From positions 434,001 through 498,000 of the forward strand of contig QPGO01000010.1 of assembly GCA_008632985.1 (NCBI GenBank): a stretch of DNA of 64,000 nucleotides, in the 5' to 3' direction. The notes under the pieces were generated by a model, which saw only the letters and a list, made by a program, of their open reading frames with translations, did not search any database and was not told the DNA's origin. The position numbers were made by a program, and so were the translations under genes. Shown piece by piece: positions 1 to 11,954 of this stretch (the stretch's first letter is position 1; each line of letters opens with the position of its first letter). Origin of the DNA: Psammoneis japonica (lineage: Eukaryota).

Positions 1-1
1 T

Positions 2-2890
2 GCCGTACCGTCAACACTCCCTTCAGCGGTTCCAAGCAACACACCGTCTATAGAAGACAGTTCAGTGCCATCAGGGACACCGTCCAATGTACCATTTGCG
101 GCACCATCAACAGCACCGTCTCTGGCTCCAAGCAATTCACCTTCTACATCGGTGCCACCATCTATCTTACCGAGCGCAGTGCCGTCCTTGGCTCCTTCGT
201 CGAGCAATGAACCGTCCATGGCACCGTTTTTCGCCCCCTCATCGGCTCCTAGCAATACACCATCGTCGAAACCGTCGGCTGTGCCTAGTGCAGCACCATC
301 AGACGCCCCTTCAGCGGCTCCAAGCGTATCGCCAACTGGAGGAGACAGTGCAGCGCCATCAACGGCTCCTAGCGACGCACCATCGGCGGTGCCTAATGCG
401 GCACCATCAGAGGCACCTTCAGCGTCTCCAAGCGTGACACCAGCTGGAGGAGACAGTGCAGCGCCATCAACGGCTCCTAGCGACACACCATCGGCGGTGC
501 CTAACGCGGCACCATCGGACGCACCCTCAGCGGTTCCAAGCGTAACGCCAACTGGAGGAGACAGTGCAGCACCATCAACGGCTCCTAGCAATGCACCATC
601 GTCGAAACCATCGGCTGTACCATCAGACGCCCCTTCAGTGGTTCCAAGCGTAGAGCCAACCGGTGTAGACAGTGCAGCGCCATCAACGGCTCCTAGCAAT
701 GCACCATCGTCGAAACAGTCGGCTGTGCCTAGTGCGTTACCATCAGACGCCCCTTCAGCGGTTCCAAGCGCAACGCCAACTGGAGGAGACAGTGCAGCGC
801 CATCAAGGTCTCCCAGCAATGCACCATCGTCGAAACCGTCCGCAGTGCCTAGTGCGGTACCATCTGGCGCCCCATCAACCGCCACTGGAGGAGACAGTGG
901 AACGGCATCAACGGCTCCTAGCAATGTACCATCGACGAAACCGTCGGCTGTGCCTAGTGCGGTACCATCAGACGTCCTTTCAGCGGTTCCAAGCGTACCG
1001 CCAACTGGAGGAGACAGTGCAGCGCCATCAAGGTCTCCCAGCAGTGTACCATCCTCGAAACCGTCGGTTGTGCCTAGTGCGGTACCATCAGACGCCCCTT
1101 CAGCAGTCCCCAGCGCGCCACCAACTGGAGAGGACAGCACAGCGCCATCAACACCTCCCAGCAGTGCACCATCGTCGGAACCGTCGACTGTGCCTAGTGC
1201 GGTACCCTCTAATGCCCCTTCAGCGGTCCCAAGCGTGTCGCCAACAGAAGGAGACAGTGCAGCGCCAAGCATCGAGCCGACAGGAAAGCCAAGCGGTATT
1301 CCCACTGGATCTCCTAGTAACACACCGAGCATGACGCCATCATCCTCGCCGTCGGGTGTGTTTGCCGTACCTTCTAAAATCCCAAGCAGTGTCCCAACGG
1401 TTTCACCGTCGGCCACTCCAAGTCGTCTTCCAAGTGCAGTACCTTCAGAAAAGCCTTCTTTTGCTCCATCTACGTCGCCCTCTGTTTCCAATGAGGTCGA
1501 CCCCCCAACAAATTTCATTCAACTGGTTCCTTCCGCAGATAACCCTACGCCAGCTGTGGTAGAGGAAGGAAAGCCCATGGTGATGAGATACAGCGTGTCC
1601 AACACCGGAGATCGTAGACTAAGAAATGTTCGAGTACGAGAGACTTCCAGTGCTCCTGTCTTTTATGAGAGCGGCGATTCGAATAATAATAACCGACTCG
1701 ATGTAAATGAGGTTTGGACCTACCGTGTCGAAAAGGTGGCTCAACCCGGCGATAACACAGTCAATTTGAGAGCCAGAGGCAGGGCAAGAAGGAGAAACTG
1801 GCGAGCAACGATATCCGAGGATTTCTTTGTTGTCGCATCGGCTGTTAACATAAACGTTACAGCAAACAATGGCAATGGCTTGACAATCGCACCAGGGGAG
1901 ACAGTTGTGTTTGATTACATTGTCACGAACGGAGGCAACGTTCCCCTCTCCAATGTTCAAGTGTATGATAGTACGCTCAATAAATTTCTGACGCTGGAAC
2001 AAGGAGACACAAATAATGACGGAAAGCTTGACCTTGACGAGGTTTGGCGATACGCAGAAAGCGGCACCGCAGGTAGTGGTAGGTATGAAACCACCGCTAC
2101 CGTTACAGCAGAGTACACGGAAAACGGCTTGGATCTTGATGCTGACGATTCGGACATGACATCGTATAGCAATGTGGCCGTAGGTTGCAGTGTAAGATTC
2201 TGGAAGAAGAACACTGACCAGTGGGACCCATACAATCCAAACGAGTTGTTCAGGAACGTGGTTGGCATCAAGGCCTATGGAAGGAAATCACTGCGAAAGG
2301 TGTTGACGCAAGGAGGCACTACCAGGCGTGGTCTCGGGAGGCAGACGGTGGCTGCTCTTTTGAATGCGGAGAAAGGCAATTACCCATTAGAGAAGAATGA
2401 GATAATTGATGCCTTTGTTGACGCGTTCAGCAGCCGAAACGAGCAAAACTATGCTTCACTGAGAGACACCTTAAAGGCTTTCAACAAAAATGGAGAATGC
2501 CCGTTGGATCCCGATCCGCCGCCGCCACGTCGTACCCCTGGACCTACCCCTGTACCTCCTCGACCTCGTCCCCGTCCCCGTCCCCGTACGTCGTTACGAC
2601 CTCGTCCCCGTCTGCCGTTCCGACCTCTCCTCCGCACGTCGTTCCGACCTCGCCCGAGGAGGGGAAATGGCAATTTGTCCTGGAGGAGACGATTGCAAGA
2701 GACCTTGCCGGACGACCGACATCTTGAACCCGGTCGCCCTGGGAGAAGCAACGCTGAAGGAGGCAAAGGTGCAACGAGGGACGCCTTGACGGATGGCACG
2801 GGTACTGCTGCACAAGGTGGGCAACGTAAGCATCGACACCCTACACGAAGATTCCGTGATAGAGGGGACAATGTCGAACGGAATGCGTAG
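2..2890 (+). CDS. 5'-partial mucin-like P/S/A/T-repeat surface protein with two bacterial-type Ig-like repeat domains and a C-terminal helical domain
   Basis: Frame is open from nt 2 (start lies upstream of the window). Long PSAVPS/PSDAPS stalk, then two repeats (Y.V.N.G...L.NV.V ... GD.N.N..LD..EVW.Y), a GCS..FWK ... RQTVAALLNA...YP segment and a Pro/Arg-rich tail. No introns needed. Confidence 0.8.
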   Translation, partial: AVPSTLPSAVPSNTPSIEDSSVPSGTPSNVPFAAPSTAPSLAPSNSPSTSVPPSILPSAVPSLAPSSSNEPSMAPFFAPSSAPSNTPSSKPSAVPSAAPSDAPSAAPSVSPTGGDSAAPSTAPSDAPSAVPNAAPSEAPSASPSVTPAGGDSAAPSTAPSDTPSAVPNAAPSDAPSAVPSVTPTGGDSAAPSTAPSNAPSSKPSAVPSDAPSVVPSVEPTGVDSAAPSTAPSNAPSSKQSAVPSALPSDAPSAVPSATPTGGDSAAPSRSPSNAPSSKPSAVPSAVPSGAPSTATGGDSGTASTAPSNVPSTKPSAVPSAVPSDVLSAVPSVPPTGGDSAAPSRSPSSVPSSKPSVVPSAVPSDAPSAVPSAPPTGEDSTAPSTPPSSAPSSEPSTVPSAVPSNAPSAVPSVSPTEGDSAAPSIEPTGKPSGIPTGSPSNTPSMTPSSSPSGVFAVPSKIPSSVPTVSPSATPSRLPSAVPSEKPSFAPSTSPSVSNEVDPPTNFIQLVPSADNPTPAVVEEGKPMVMRYSVSNTGDRRLRNVRVRETSSAPVFYESGDSNNNNRLDVNEVWTYRVEKVAQPGDNTVNLRARGRARRRNWRATISEDFFVVASAVNINVTANNGNGLTIAPGETVVFDYIVTNGGNVPLSNVQVYDSTLNKFLTLEQGDTNNDGKLDLDEVWRYAESGTAGSGRYETTATVTAEYTENGLDLDADDSDMTSYSNVAVGCSVRFWKKNTDQWDPYNPNELFRNVVGIKAYGRKSLRKVLTQGGTTRRGLGRQTVAALLNAEKGNYPLEKNEIIDAFVDAFSSRNEQNYASLRDTLKAFNKNGECPLDPDPPPPRRTPGPTPVPPRPRPRPRPRTSLRPRPRLPFRPLLRTSFRPRPRRGNGNLSWRRRLQETLPDDRHLEPGRPGRSNAEGGKGATRDALTDGTGTAAQGGQRKHRHPTRRFRDRGDNVERNA
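250..1270 (+). repeat. Coding tandem repeat, about 9 units of 105-120 bp
   Basis: The anchor GACAG(T/C) recurs at 344, 452, 560, 668, 788, 893, 1013, 1133 and 1253. TpA sites (e.g. CCTAGC) are retained. Confidence 0.9.
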
Positions 2891-5193
2891 GTTGAAAACC
2901 TTCTGACGAAGAGAGGACGAAAAACGTCCCAAAAACTGTTGTGTCGCAAGACAAACATTCTGGAATCTTCCATGCAAGTTCCAGAGAAAGAGCTTGACAA
3001 ACTCCTTGAGTATATTTGTATTGTATATTTGTCACTGTATGTTCCTTGGTAATTTTTTTGATACAGCCACCCTCCTGACAAATACTCGTTGGGCCCGAGT
3101 TGAGTGGTTGGGTCGCGCCTGTTGCTTGTACACTCGTACATGTTATTAGGAGTATATTTTTTCACGTTAAACTTTCCATATAAATTGAAAATACATTTTT
3201 AATTTTAGCAGGCTTGTTCGAGCAATGTAAATGAGTCTCTTGCTGATTTCAGAAGAAGGAGCAAAGCTTGTCTTCAGCTAATGCGTTGCTGTGATGTGAT
3301 TGTGATCTCGGATCTTTCTGGATTTTTTCAAGATTTTTTTGTGATGGTGTGGAGGGAGGTTCGAGGTCGGAGAGAGATACTGTATTACTGTATTACTGTG
3401 GAGGTAGACGGAAAGAATACAACCCTGGGTACAACTGCGTAGGGTCTAGTACTTCTTCTACAGGGTCACCAGGAAAGCACAGACACCGACTTCCGCTACA
3501 TCAACCTGCAGCACCCTCCAAGACGCGCAGCTGCGAAGACAACCAAAAAAGAAAACGATCGCGACAATGGCCTCCCTTGCGTCGCTGATATCTATATCTA
3601 TTTTTGCCGTATTTTCCCGTTTCTTTTCGCAGCATTCGGAGCTTTTATACAAGTAATATGATGGGCTAGTGGTGCTGGCGTTGAGTTCAATCCGTCGAGG
3701 CGGATTTGTCGCTGAAGGTGCAGTGCAGAAATTGTGAGAATGCAGCATCAACATGACGGATTTTTGTGATATACTATTGTATCTTTGGTGTTGTTTCTCA
3801 CTTCTTGTCATTATTTTGACGTATGTGCTATAAGGTGTCCACGGGGCTTGGGTTTTTATGGTGCTGACTTTCTCTTCGGAACTTATCGTTGAATAATCAA
3901 AATTGAGCTGCCACTGGAATTTATGGTAAAGAGTTGGCGGCGGTGATATCTCAACATCCCTTGGGCCGATTTTCGCGATTCTTGTTTCATTATTAATGGA
4001 AATTGTACAAGGAATCCAAGAGGCTTGGTTTTGTTGTGCAAAATTCCATTCTGTGCAGATGGATTTATTGGATGCCGTGCGCACAGAAATGATGCTTCAA
4101 TTGGAAGGGGCGCTCCAGCGATGTTGTGGATTGAACAAGGAAGAATGAAGCCCTAGACACGCACTACATGTAACAAGAATATTAAATATGAATGTTAAAC
4201 ATGGCACGGGGTTTTTTACGTCAGTTGATTGTGTCGGGTTGCCTTGATTTGACAGAACATTCCACGGCACCAACCGGTTTGACATGTAGCTGGAAATCGG
4301 CTTCCTCCAGTGTTCCAACCAATTTGACCTTGCTTGCATGGGCAAGCTGTTGTCGCCTGGTTCGGGCGTTCCATACGCCTTTAGACCCATCCACCACGAC
4401 ATCGTTGGGGGTTGTTTGAATGGCCTCTGGTTGGTGAAGTCTTGTTCACATTGACAAGTCACCCCGCCAAGAAATAACGTGAGTGCTATCAAGGTTGGCT
4501 TGTAATACTTTTTAGACGGCATGGTCTCGGTTGTATTGTTGCATAAATCTATCAAAAACGCGACGTACCATGCAACAACCCGGTTGTTTCGATACGGGAA
4601 AAATTCCCGTGCTTCCTCCACAAGAACACGGAAGATACGGTCGCTGAAGTGGGGTAACGGTCAGTACAATGTGTAGAATTCAACGGAGAAATACTACGGA
4701 ATACAACATGGGTTGTATTCCCGGGATAATGTTACAGTATTGATTGACACCGCGGGTGCAGTGCGTAGCAACTGTTCAAATCATTTATCCATATATTCTT
4801 ATAGTGGTATGTTGTGATATGTCATATTTTTAAAATCCTCAGTCATATATGGTATACAAATTGGGATAGTATCATTACGTATTTATTCCCAAAGAAGAAT
4901 CATTTGAACCATTTTGATTCGCCAAAAAATTTCGAATCCAATCAGCGGTTTGCTGAGCCAATCAAACGTTCTCCGCCATACACTTCGTACGTAGATTCTA
5001 CGTGGGCGAGAGCTCTTGTGACTCAGAAGGGTGCACCTCTCGCTCGCTCTTCGCTCGGTTCGGTTGTCACTTGCTCATTCTCACTGATGTGTTGGAGATG
5101 GCTTCTCACTGATGATCTGAATGAATCATTCGAGAAAGAAAGAGCAACGACAAACGTTTTTACAACACACATTTATTACCAAGCTACGTCGCC

Positions 5194-6771
5194 ATGATTG
5201 CAGGTTTACCGTCACTAGCTGCCATACACGAAGACGAAGACGAAGGAGTACCCTCCAAGCTTCGGACTGATTCTCCCATGTCAATCCCGTCTCTGGTAGG
5301 ATCGGCTTCGAGTGATGTGAGCGAAGGTTCCTTTCTCGATTCGCTCTACGGCAGCCCCATCATGACACCGAGGAAGACACTGTCATCCAGTCCTACGCCT
5401 CCGTTTACTCCAATATCATCGCTGGTGCATGGCCGAGCCTCACCTGAGCTTGAAGAGGAAGAAGTAGTGGGAATCTCGAGACCGTGTTATGAAGTCAACG
5501 AAGCGTTTCAAGAAAGTCGTACTCCCATTACGAGCAACATTCTACCAAACAAGCCAACTCGTATCGGAATCACCCCCTCCAAGTACGAGCAGCCTGACTT
5601 TCCTGCGTCGCCAGCGAACCTGTTTCTGATGCATCAGGCTAGTATGATGGAAAAGCAACAGCAAGAGTATGTGGCTCCTCCCTCCAACATGTACTTTTCT
5701 GAAGGAAGGGCCTTCTCACCCACTACGATTCACGGTGACGGCGTTGAACGCACCTTTCACAAACCGACTGCTGGAGGGCACTTTCTTGTGAGCGCTAGTA
5801 CCGCAATCCCTCATCCTCAAGGTCTCCGTTTTGATCTCGGCAAGGGCAAGGCTGAAATCCGTAAGGACGAAGGTGCTATGGTTTCAGGAATTAAAGAGAT
5901 TCAACTATCTCCTTCCAGCAACGACTCTACCGGATCCTCAGTAACTACACTCAGTGCGTCAGTGGCAAGCTCGGTTCAATCCTGTGCCACACCCTACAAG
6001 GTCTTTTGCTTGCTACTCCACCCTCAAGACAAGATTTTTGAATTGATTCAAATCATCTATTCACCCGACGTTACAACAGTCGGTGATTTGCTTCACTTGA
6101 TTCCCGAAAACGCATCCGAAGACGCTTTGGGAATGCAAGACTATGTCGCTCTCTGCCGTCCCAAGGATGGAGCGTCGCGTCAAGCCATGTCGGATGTGGA
6201 CGCCATGGCGAGTCCAGGCAATCACGACGAGGTATCTGTCGGCATTAAGTGCGGAGAGATTCTCGTGCCGGTTCCAAACGGCTACACGGTGGAGCAAATG
6301 TCGCTTATGAGCCGTGCCATTCTCAAGAATCCACAGATTCTTAATCTCCTTCAAAAGTCAAACCCGCTCGCTCCGAGAAATTTGCCTTCGTTTGACGTTC
6401 ACAGCACTTCGAGCAAAATGTTCATCTCCACTAATAACGACAGGGAGGACGTTTCAGAACGCCGAAAGCGTCGCAAGGAGAAAAAGAAGTTGCGCAAGCA
6501 AGCTGCAAACATCGACTCTCAACAACATCAAGACGAGGATTCATCCGCGGTAGCAGACAAGGACGGCGCTACTCTTCCATCACCGGCTCAACCCCAGAGT
6601 CCTGAAGAGGCGCCTGTAGCTCCAGAGGCCTCTCCTCGTACAGCCGAAACGGAGGCGAACCATCCACACCAACACCGCCGCCGCAAAAAGCCAAGGAAGC
6701 GCATCAAGAAGGTGTTGTCCTTGCTACGACCACACAAGTTTGGCTTTCATCATAGCAGCGTTACAAGGTGA
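5194..6771 (+). CDS. Hypothetical protein, Ser/Pro-rich N-terminus plus a globular segment of a type seen in diatom proteins
   Basis: 525-aa ATG-initiated ORF; structured segment VFCLLLHPQDKIFELIQI...TTVGDLL..IP.NASE.ALG.Q.Y..LCRP; basic NLS-like patches. Confidence 0.75.
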   Translation: MIAGLPSLAAIHEDEDEGVPSKLRTDSPMSIPSLVGSASSDVSEGSFLDSLYGSPIMTPRKTLSSSPTPPFTPISSLVHGRASPELEEEEVVGISRPCYEVNEAFQESRTPITSNILPNKPTRIGITPSKYEQPDFPASPANLFLMHQASMMEKQQQEYVAPPSNMYFSEGRAFSPTTIHGDGVERTFHKPTAGGHFLVSASTAIPHPQGLRFDLGKGKAEIRKDEGAMVSGIKEIQLSPSSNDSTGSSVTTLSASVASSVQSCATPYKVFCLLLHPQDKIFELIQIIYSPDVTTVGDLLHLIPENASEDALGMQDYVALCRPKDGASRQAMSDVDAMASPGNHDEVSVGIKCGEILVPVPNGYTVEQMSLMSRAILKNPQILNLLQKSNPLAPRNLPSFDVHSTSSKMFISTNNDREDVSERRKRRKEKKKLRKQAANIDSQQHQDEDSSAVADKDGATLPSPAQPQSPEEAPVAPEASPRTAETEANHPHQHRRRKKPRKRIKKVLSLLRPHKFGFHHSSVTR

Positions 6772-7517
6772 TTCTGCGTTTGCCCTGAGCATCCACGAGG
6801 TGAATGTTCCCTGTGCAATGCAAATAGTACCCCTTGTTCGCTGTAGAGATGGATCTACGCAAGAGTGCTGCCCTGAACACAAGATTACCTATTGTTTCTT
6901 GTTGTTCCCCTTGCACACTCCTTGTTGGAACCTCCAAGCTCTATATTCATACTGCGAAGAGACGATTAGGTTCTCTTTCTCATCATGAGTGAGCGCCGTT
7001 CTAAACAAGACTGCACGGCCAAGTTTGTTGAATGCCACCGGCGATTCTGTGCTGTATTCCATTCCTGATGCATGTTTTCATTTTTCATTTCTCGGTTAAC
7101 TGCGTTCACACAAGAGTGTGGCAACCATTCGTTATGAGGTGAATTTCGTAAGGCTGGGTGACGCTGCGAATACCCGTTGTTTTCACTGTCCACATTTGTT
7201 CAAATACCTTCCATAGCCTCTCTATATTACATAAAATAGCTACACATTATTCACTTTCTGTTTCCCCGACGCCGATGCATGCGTTCTTTCTCGTCAAAAC
7301 CAGCAGGGGCGGGTGACTTTGAACTTGTGAGGACAAAAACAGAGCGATTGGTGCATAAATGTACAGTATTATTCAAAGTTGTATAGAAGAAAACGAATGT
7401 GCCGTTAATTTCATATTATTCAGATATGAATATGTATTATTGCGAACATACCGTTTCTCTCATTTTTCTGTGAGGTTTGCCGATGGCGCCTGTGCTTAGC
7501 TTAGCCCTCTCACCAGA

Positions 7518-8758
7518 ATGATATCGTCGTCGTTTAACAGAGAGGGAGAAGAGGAGGGGAAAGCTGGGGTCTGGAAGAGTGCTGTGCCCGGAAACCCGCC
7601 AGAAATTGATGTTGCGGAGACGAAAACGATTACGTGGCGGGCTCGACTGAAATGGGAACTGACTTCATCCTCACCGCTGTTCTTTCTCGAAGAGCCACCT
7701 TTAGATGGTACACCGACAAGATATATTGATGTTACGTCGTCCTTCGCCCCTAAAAGGCCATTCCTTCTCACGTTTTGGGCTCGCCTATTTCTGTTGGTTT
7801 GGTCGGTGCAAGTGTTGGCATTGGATGTGTCAACGTACCCTCCACACAACCTGTTTATTTATATGGGATACTTGACACACTGGGGACACGCTTTGTCTCT
7901 GTGCTACTTTACAGCGTCTCTCTTGTGTGTCCTTGTCTTTCATTCAACAAGACAGCCACGACTCGGGGAACAGCCGGGTCTTCTAGTTCGAACAACATGG
8001 TGTCTCTATGGAATTGTCGCACCCCTAGAGATTGCCATTACGTTGTTGTATTGGAGCGCAGTAGCGTCAGGCCCAGTCACATATGTTTCTGTAATGGAAC
8101 ACGGCGTGCTCTCTATTCTTGTCTTAATCGATGGACTAGTCATTGGCCTTGTACCAATGAGAGCGAAGCATGCTGTCTTCTTGCTCGGCGTATGTACCGC
8201 ATATGCCGTATGGAGCATTCTGGACGCAGTATTGGAGATTGGAAACGGTACGTTGGGTTGAGAGTTACTTCTACGTTTCTAATAACTTTCCGCTGACAAT
8301 TACCTAAATCTTTCTGACGCGCAGGCGATTGGGGTCCGGCATACGAGGACGATGCACTCTACCCTGTACTGAATTGGCGACGTCAGACAACGCTTGCAGC
8401 CTTTCTTTGTTCCTTTGCAATTTGTATTCTTTCTCCGGCATTGTTCTTGCTTTGTTGGATGCTGAGTTTGGCGTCCCCACGAACCTCAGTTGCAACAAAT
8501 CAGAGTAAGAAGAGATGCGCTTCCTGTTGTAATTGCGAATTCAATGGGTCGAGACGTCCACTCTTCGAAGAGGAAGTTCGCGAGATTGAGGGGGATATTT
8601 CAGCAACTGATTACACAAGCCTCGGCGTTCCTGCAGCAACCTGTGGTGCGAGATGCGGACATGTCGTTTGTTACGGCACCGCCGTTGCCGTGACGGCAGC
8701 CATGTTCGCTGCCTTTGTATTCGCGGCCGCGAGGTGGTACGGATACCTTCCACCATGA
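7518..8758 (+). CDS. Rolling-stone/FAR-17a-AIG1-like multi-pass membrane protein (2 exons)
   Basis: Exons 7518-8247 and 8325-8758, intron GTACGT...GCAG. Spliced product reads GNGDWGPAYEDDALYPVLNW. Motifs YLTHWG, ITLLYW, EHG..LID and several TM helices. Confidence 0.75.
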
Positions 8759-9458
8759 GCTAGTGTAACTCGATTCTCTTGCAATTCCCATGGACCAGGT
8801 TGTTAATCAAGGTGACGATTCAGGTGAATTGACGGAGCCTGACAACGAACAGCTCGGAAGATTTGGCTTTCGACTTTTGGTTTCTTATTCCACAAACGCC
8901 CCGACACAATGGGAACGCTCCTGTCATCTACTACAAGAATTACGTCTCTCTCAAAATTTCTTGATTAATTCAGCTCTCTAGAAAGATCGACCGATGATGC
9001 TAGATAGAATAACAACTTCCATTTTTGAGTAGAAGTACTCTACTGTACTCTCTCTCTAGCTTTAGCTGCTCTACTCTATCTAAGCCCTACTACCGGTACA
9101 CAATACTGTAGAGTACCGTAGATAAACGAGCGAGCCGTCAGTCATTCACCAGTCCTTCTGATGAGGTCACGATGTCGTCATGGCTTCCGCCATAAGTTGA
9201 AGTCTCCCCGCGACGTCACCACAAAAGTACGTCACCTTGGTCTGTCACCGTCGGAGGGCCACGTACTTCATCGTACAAAAGTCGTGTGGCGTTGCAATGA
9301 TGACGAGGTGGCGTGTGCGGAGCCGCATCGATGCTGATTTTGCCACACAAACTCGCACACAAACTGGAATTTGCGTTCCCACATTTCTTTGAAAAAACTG
9401 TGAGGTGATCACACCCGCCTTTCCAACCACAGAATCAGCACTACAAGTTAAAAACACA

Positions 9459-10398
9459 ATGGAAGCCTACACTTCGACTCTAGAGAATATCGGGGAGTCC
9501 ATTTTATCTTGGGCCGACCCTAAGGGCGATTTTCGTGGATACACAGAGGTGCGTGATCGGTTCCACTGTATTTGTTCTTTGGTGAGATTTGTCTTGTTGT
9601 GACAGTCAGTTTTCTCACTTCAACCTTGAATTGTTGTGCTTTCGCCCCTCAATTGAACGTTAGGGATGGCCATTGACGGATTTTCCCACTGCATTCAACA
9701 TTGCCGGCGCCTACGTTGGGTTTGTTGTTATTGGATCGGCTGTCATGAAGGCTGGGGTCCCCGCCATGGATCCCTACCCACTAAAGTTCATTTACAATGT
9801 ATCCCAGATCATGCTGTGCGCTTACATGACGATTGAGGCCTTCCTTCTTGCCTACCGCAATGGATACAGCATCACTCCCTGCAACGATTACAACACCACT
9901 AATCCTCCTGTTGCCAACCTGCTGTGGCTCTTCTACATCTCCAAGGTCTGGGATTTCTGGGACACTATCTTTATCGTCGTCGGCAAGAAGTGGAGGCAGC
10001 TCTCCTTCCTCCATGTGTACCACCACACCACAATTTTCTTGTTTTACTGGCTCAACTCCAACGTCGACTACGACGGTGATGTCTACCTCACCATTGTCTT
10101 GAACGGTTTCATCCACACCGTCATGTACACTTACTACTTCATCTGCATGCACACCAAAGTTCCCGAGACCGGCAAGTCCCTTCCAATTTGGTGGAAGTCA
10201 TCCCTTACTCTCTTGCAACTTGTCCAGTTTGTGACCATGATGTCGCAGGGTACCTACCTTTTGTGCACCGACTGCCAGAAGACGAGTCTCAGAGTTGTTG
10301 GTGCTTACGTTGTCTACATTTTGTCGCTATTTGGTCTCTTTGTTCATTTCTTCATCCAGTCTTACGTGAAGAAGCCTAAGAAGAAAAAGACGGTATAA
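9459..10398 (+). CDS. ELO: Fatty-acid elongase (ELO/GNS1 family, delta-6 PUFA elongase type), 2 exons
   Basis: Exons 9459-9548 and 9664-10398. Motifs KVWDFWDT, SFLHVYHH, NGFIHTVMYTYY, TLLQLVQF and a C-terminal KKKTV ER-retrieval signal. Closely resembles diatom delta-6 elongases from memory. Confidence 0.95.
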
Positions 10399-10977
10399 AT
10401 GCAATCACCTAGAGTACTGGCGATGCGATAAACACAAGATAGGATTTGTGCCTGCGTTGAAAATAATATAGACAAGTTGTTGAAGAAACGATGCTTCAGT
10501 TATTGTTGTATGGTACTGTAGCAAATGGAGCAGTTGTTTAGAGCTGATCAAAACGAATTGCTCAAGCTATTCCCGCGCACCTTAACCAAAAGCAAGAAGG
10601 TCTTCAGCGTTCTCACAAGAAGGGCCGAAAACCTCTACCGGTACCGGTATATAATATATAAGGTACTAGTGTGTAGTCCCGAGCCTATGGCTGAAGTTGG
10701 GAATCAAATACACGTTGTGACTTCAACACACAAACAGAGAAAGCAAGGATTGTGTAGAAGATAGAGGAACAAAGTGTCTACGGTTGGTGATACTACATCA
10801 AACTACACATACGCAATATTAGCAACTACTTCTTATTTTAAAACAGAAGCTTCAAAGGCGACTTCCGTGAATCCTCACTATTACCAATCCTCAGTATTAC
10901 CATTCGACCGAAAGGTAAGATCATGAACATACTATTGATCTAAGCGATCGGATCGGAGTACTAGCAATTCCGCAAAG

Positions 10978-11647
10978 TTACTGCATCGGTGACGGACCTA
11001 CCGCAACCATGCGAGTACTGCCAAAGTGGCGTTGTTGTACAATTTTATTTTTGATATGAGGAGGGATTTCCGCACCAACAGCAGCTGTTGCATTCGTAAC
11101 GACGTTCAGCAAGAAGAAGGCCGCAAGAGGACTTAGATCTAAACCTCCGATAGGAGGGATGACACCGCGAAATAGGTTCAAGAAGGGATCAGTGATTTGA
11201 TAGAGGGGTTGCAAGGCTCCAACTCCTTGTGCTTGCGGGAACCACGACAGCAAAATGCGAGCGGTAATGACAAGGTTGTAGATCTGCAAAAAGTTGGCGA
11301 ACCCGCCAACAAAGACTTGTTCGGCGAGCTATTCATGCAATCAATGAACCAAAGATACTGTCAGTTTCGATTTGAAAATCATTGTCAAAATGTAAGGAAA
11401 ATTGCACGATTGCATCACACTTTCTTTGATAACTCACGCCGTTTCCAGGAATAGCCATAGCTGTGACTACCTCGCGCTGATGACGACGATGCCGAGTCCT
11501 CAAATCAAGGTGGCGGTTAGAATATGACGACAACGAAGACCTGCTGGTCTTGACGTTGCATGGAAGAAAGACGGATGCTTCGGAGGTTGCTAGCATGCAT
11601 GCCACAGTGGCAAATAAGCCGAGAAGGAAATTGGGAGAAAGACGCAT
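10978..11647 (-). CDS. YGGT/YlmG family plastid membrane protein, 2 exons
   Basis: Exons 11647-11438 and 11328-10978 (GTGAGT...TAG). RILLSWFP...ITDPFLNLFRGVIPPIGGLDLSP motif; signal peptide ending ASVF (ASAF-like). Confidence 0.9.
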
Positions 11648-11954
11648 GCTATTAAAGGTCTTCCTGATGATTGCTAGCACTTTCTTGTAAAGAAGAATAA
11701 GGGACGCAAATGGAATGGCCAACCAATAGGGCCCTACACACAATACAGCAACCAAAACCAACGCGGCCGCAGAAATCTGGAATCAGCGCAATGCGGCGTT
11801 TGCGCACCGCGATGACGTGGTGATAAAAAGAGGAATCCGGAATCTCCATTAGCTTGGTCCTTTCTAATTTTACAACTCGGTCTCTATTCCTCTCTAGCTA
11901 CTAGAGAGAGAGTCTATGCAAAGAGAGTAATGTCTACTATACTAGTATTCTGGC

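Noticed and set aside
87..3165. Alternative-frame and antisense ORFs over the mucin gene and other genes
   Set aside because: Shadows of repetitive or codon-biased real CDS.
3458..4621. Minus-strand ORFs 3458-4084 and 4097-4621 (possible signal peptide from ATG 4522)
   Set aside because: No recognisable domain and no convincing splice model; could be a small or decayed gene but is unsupported.
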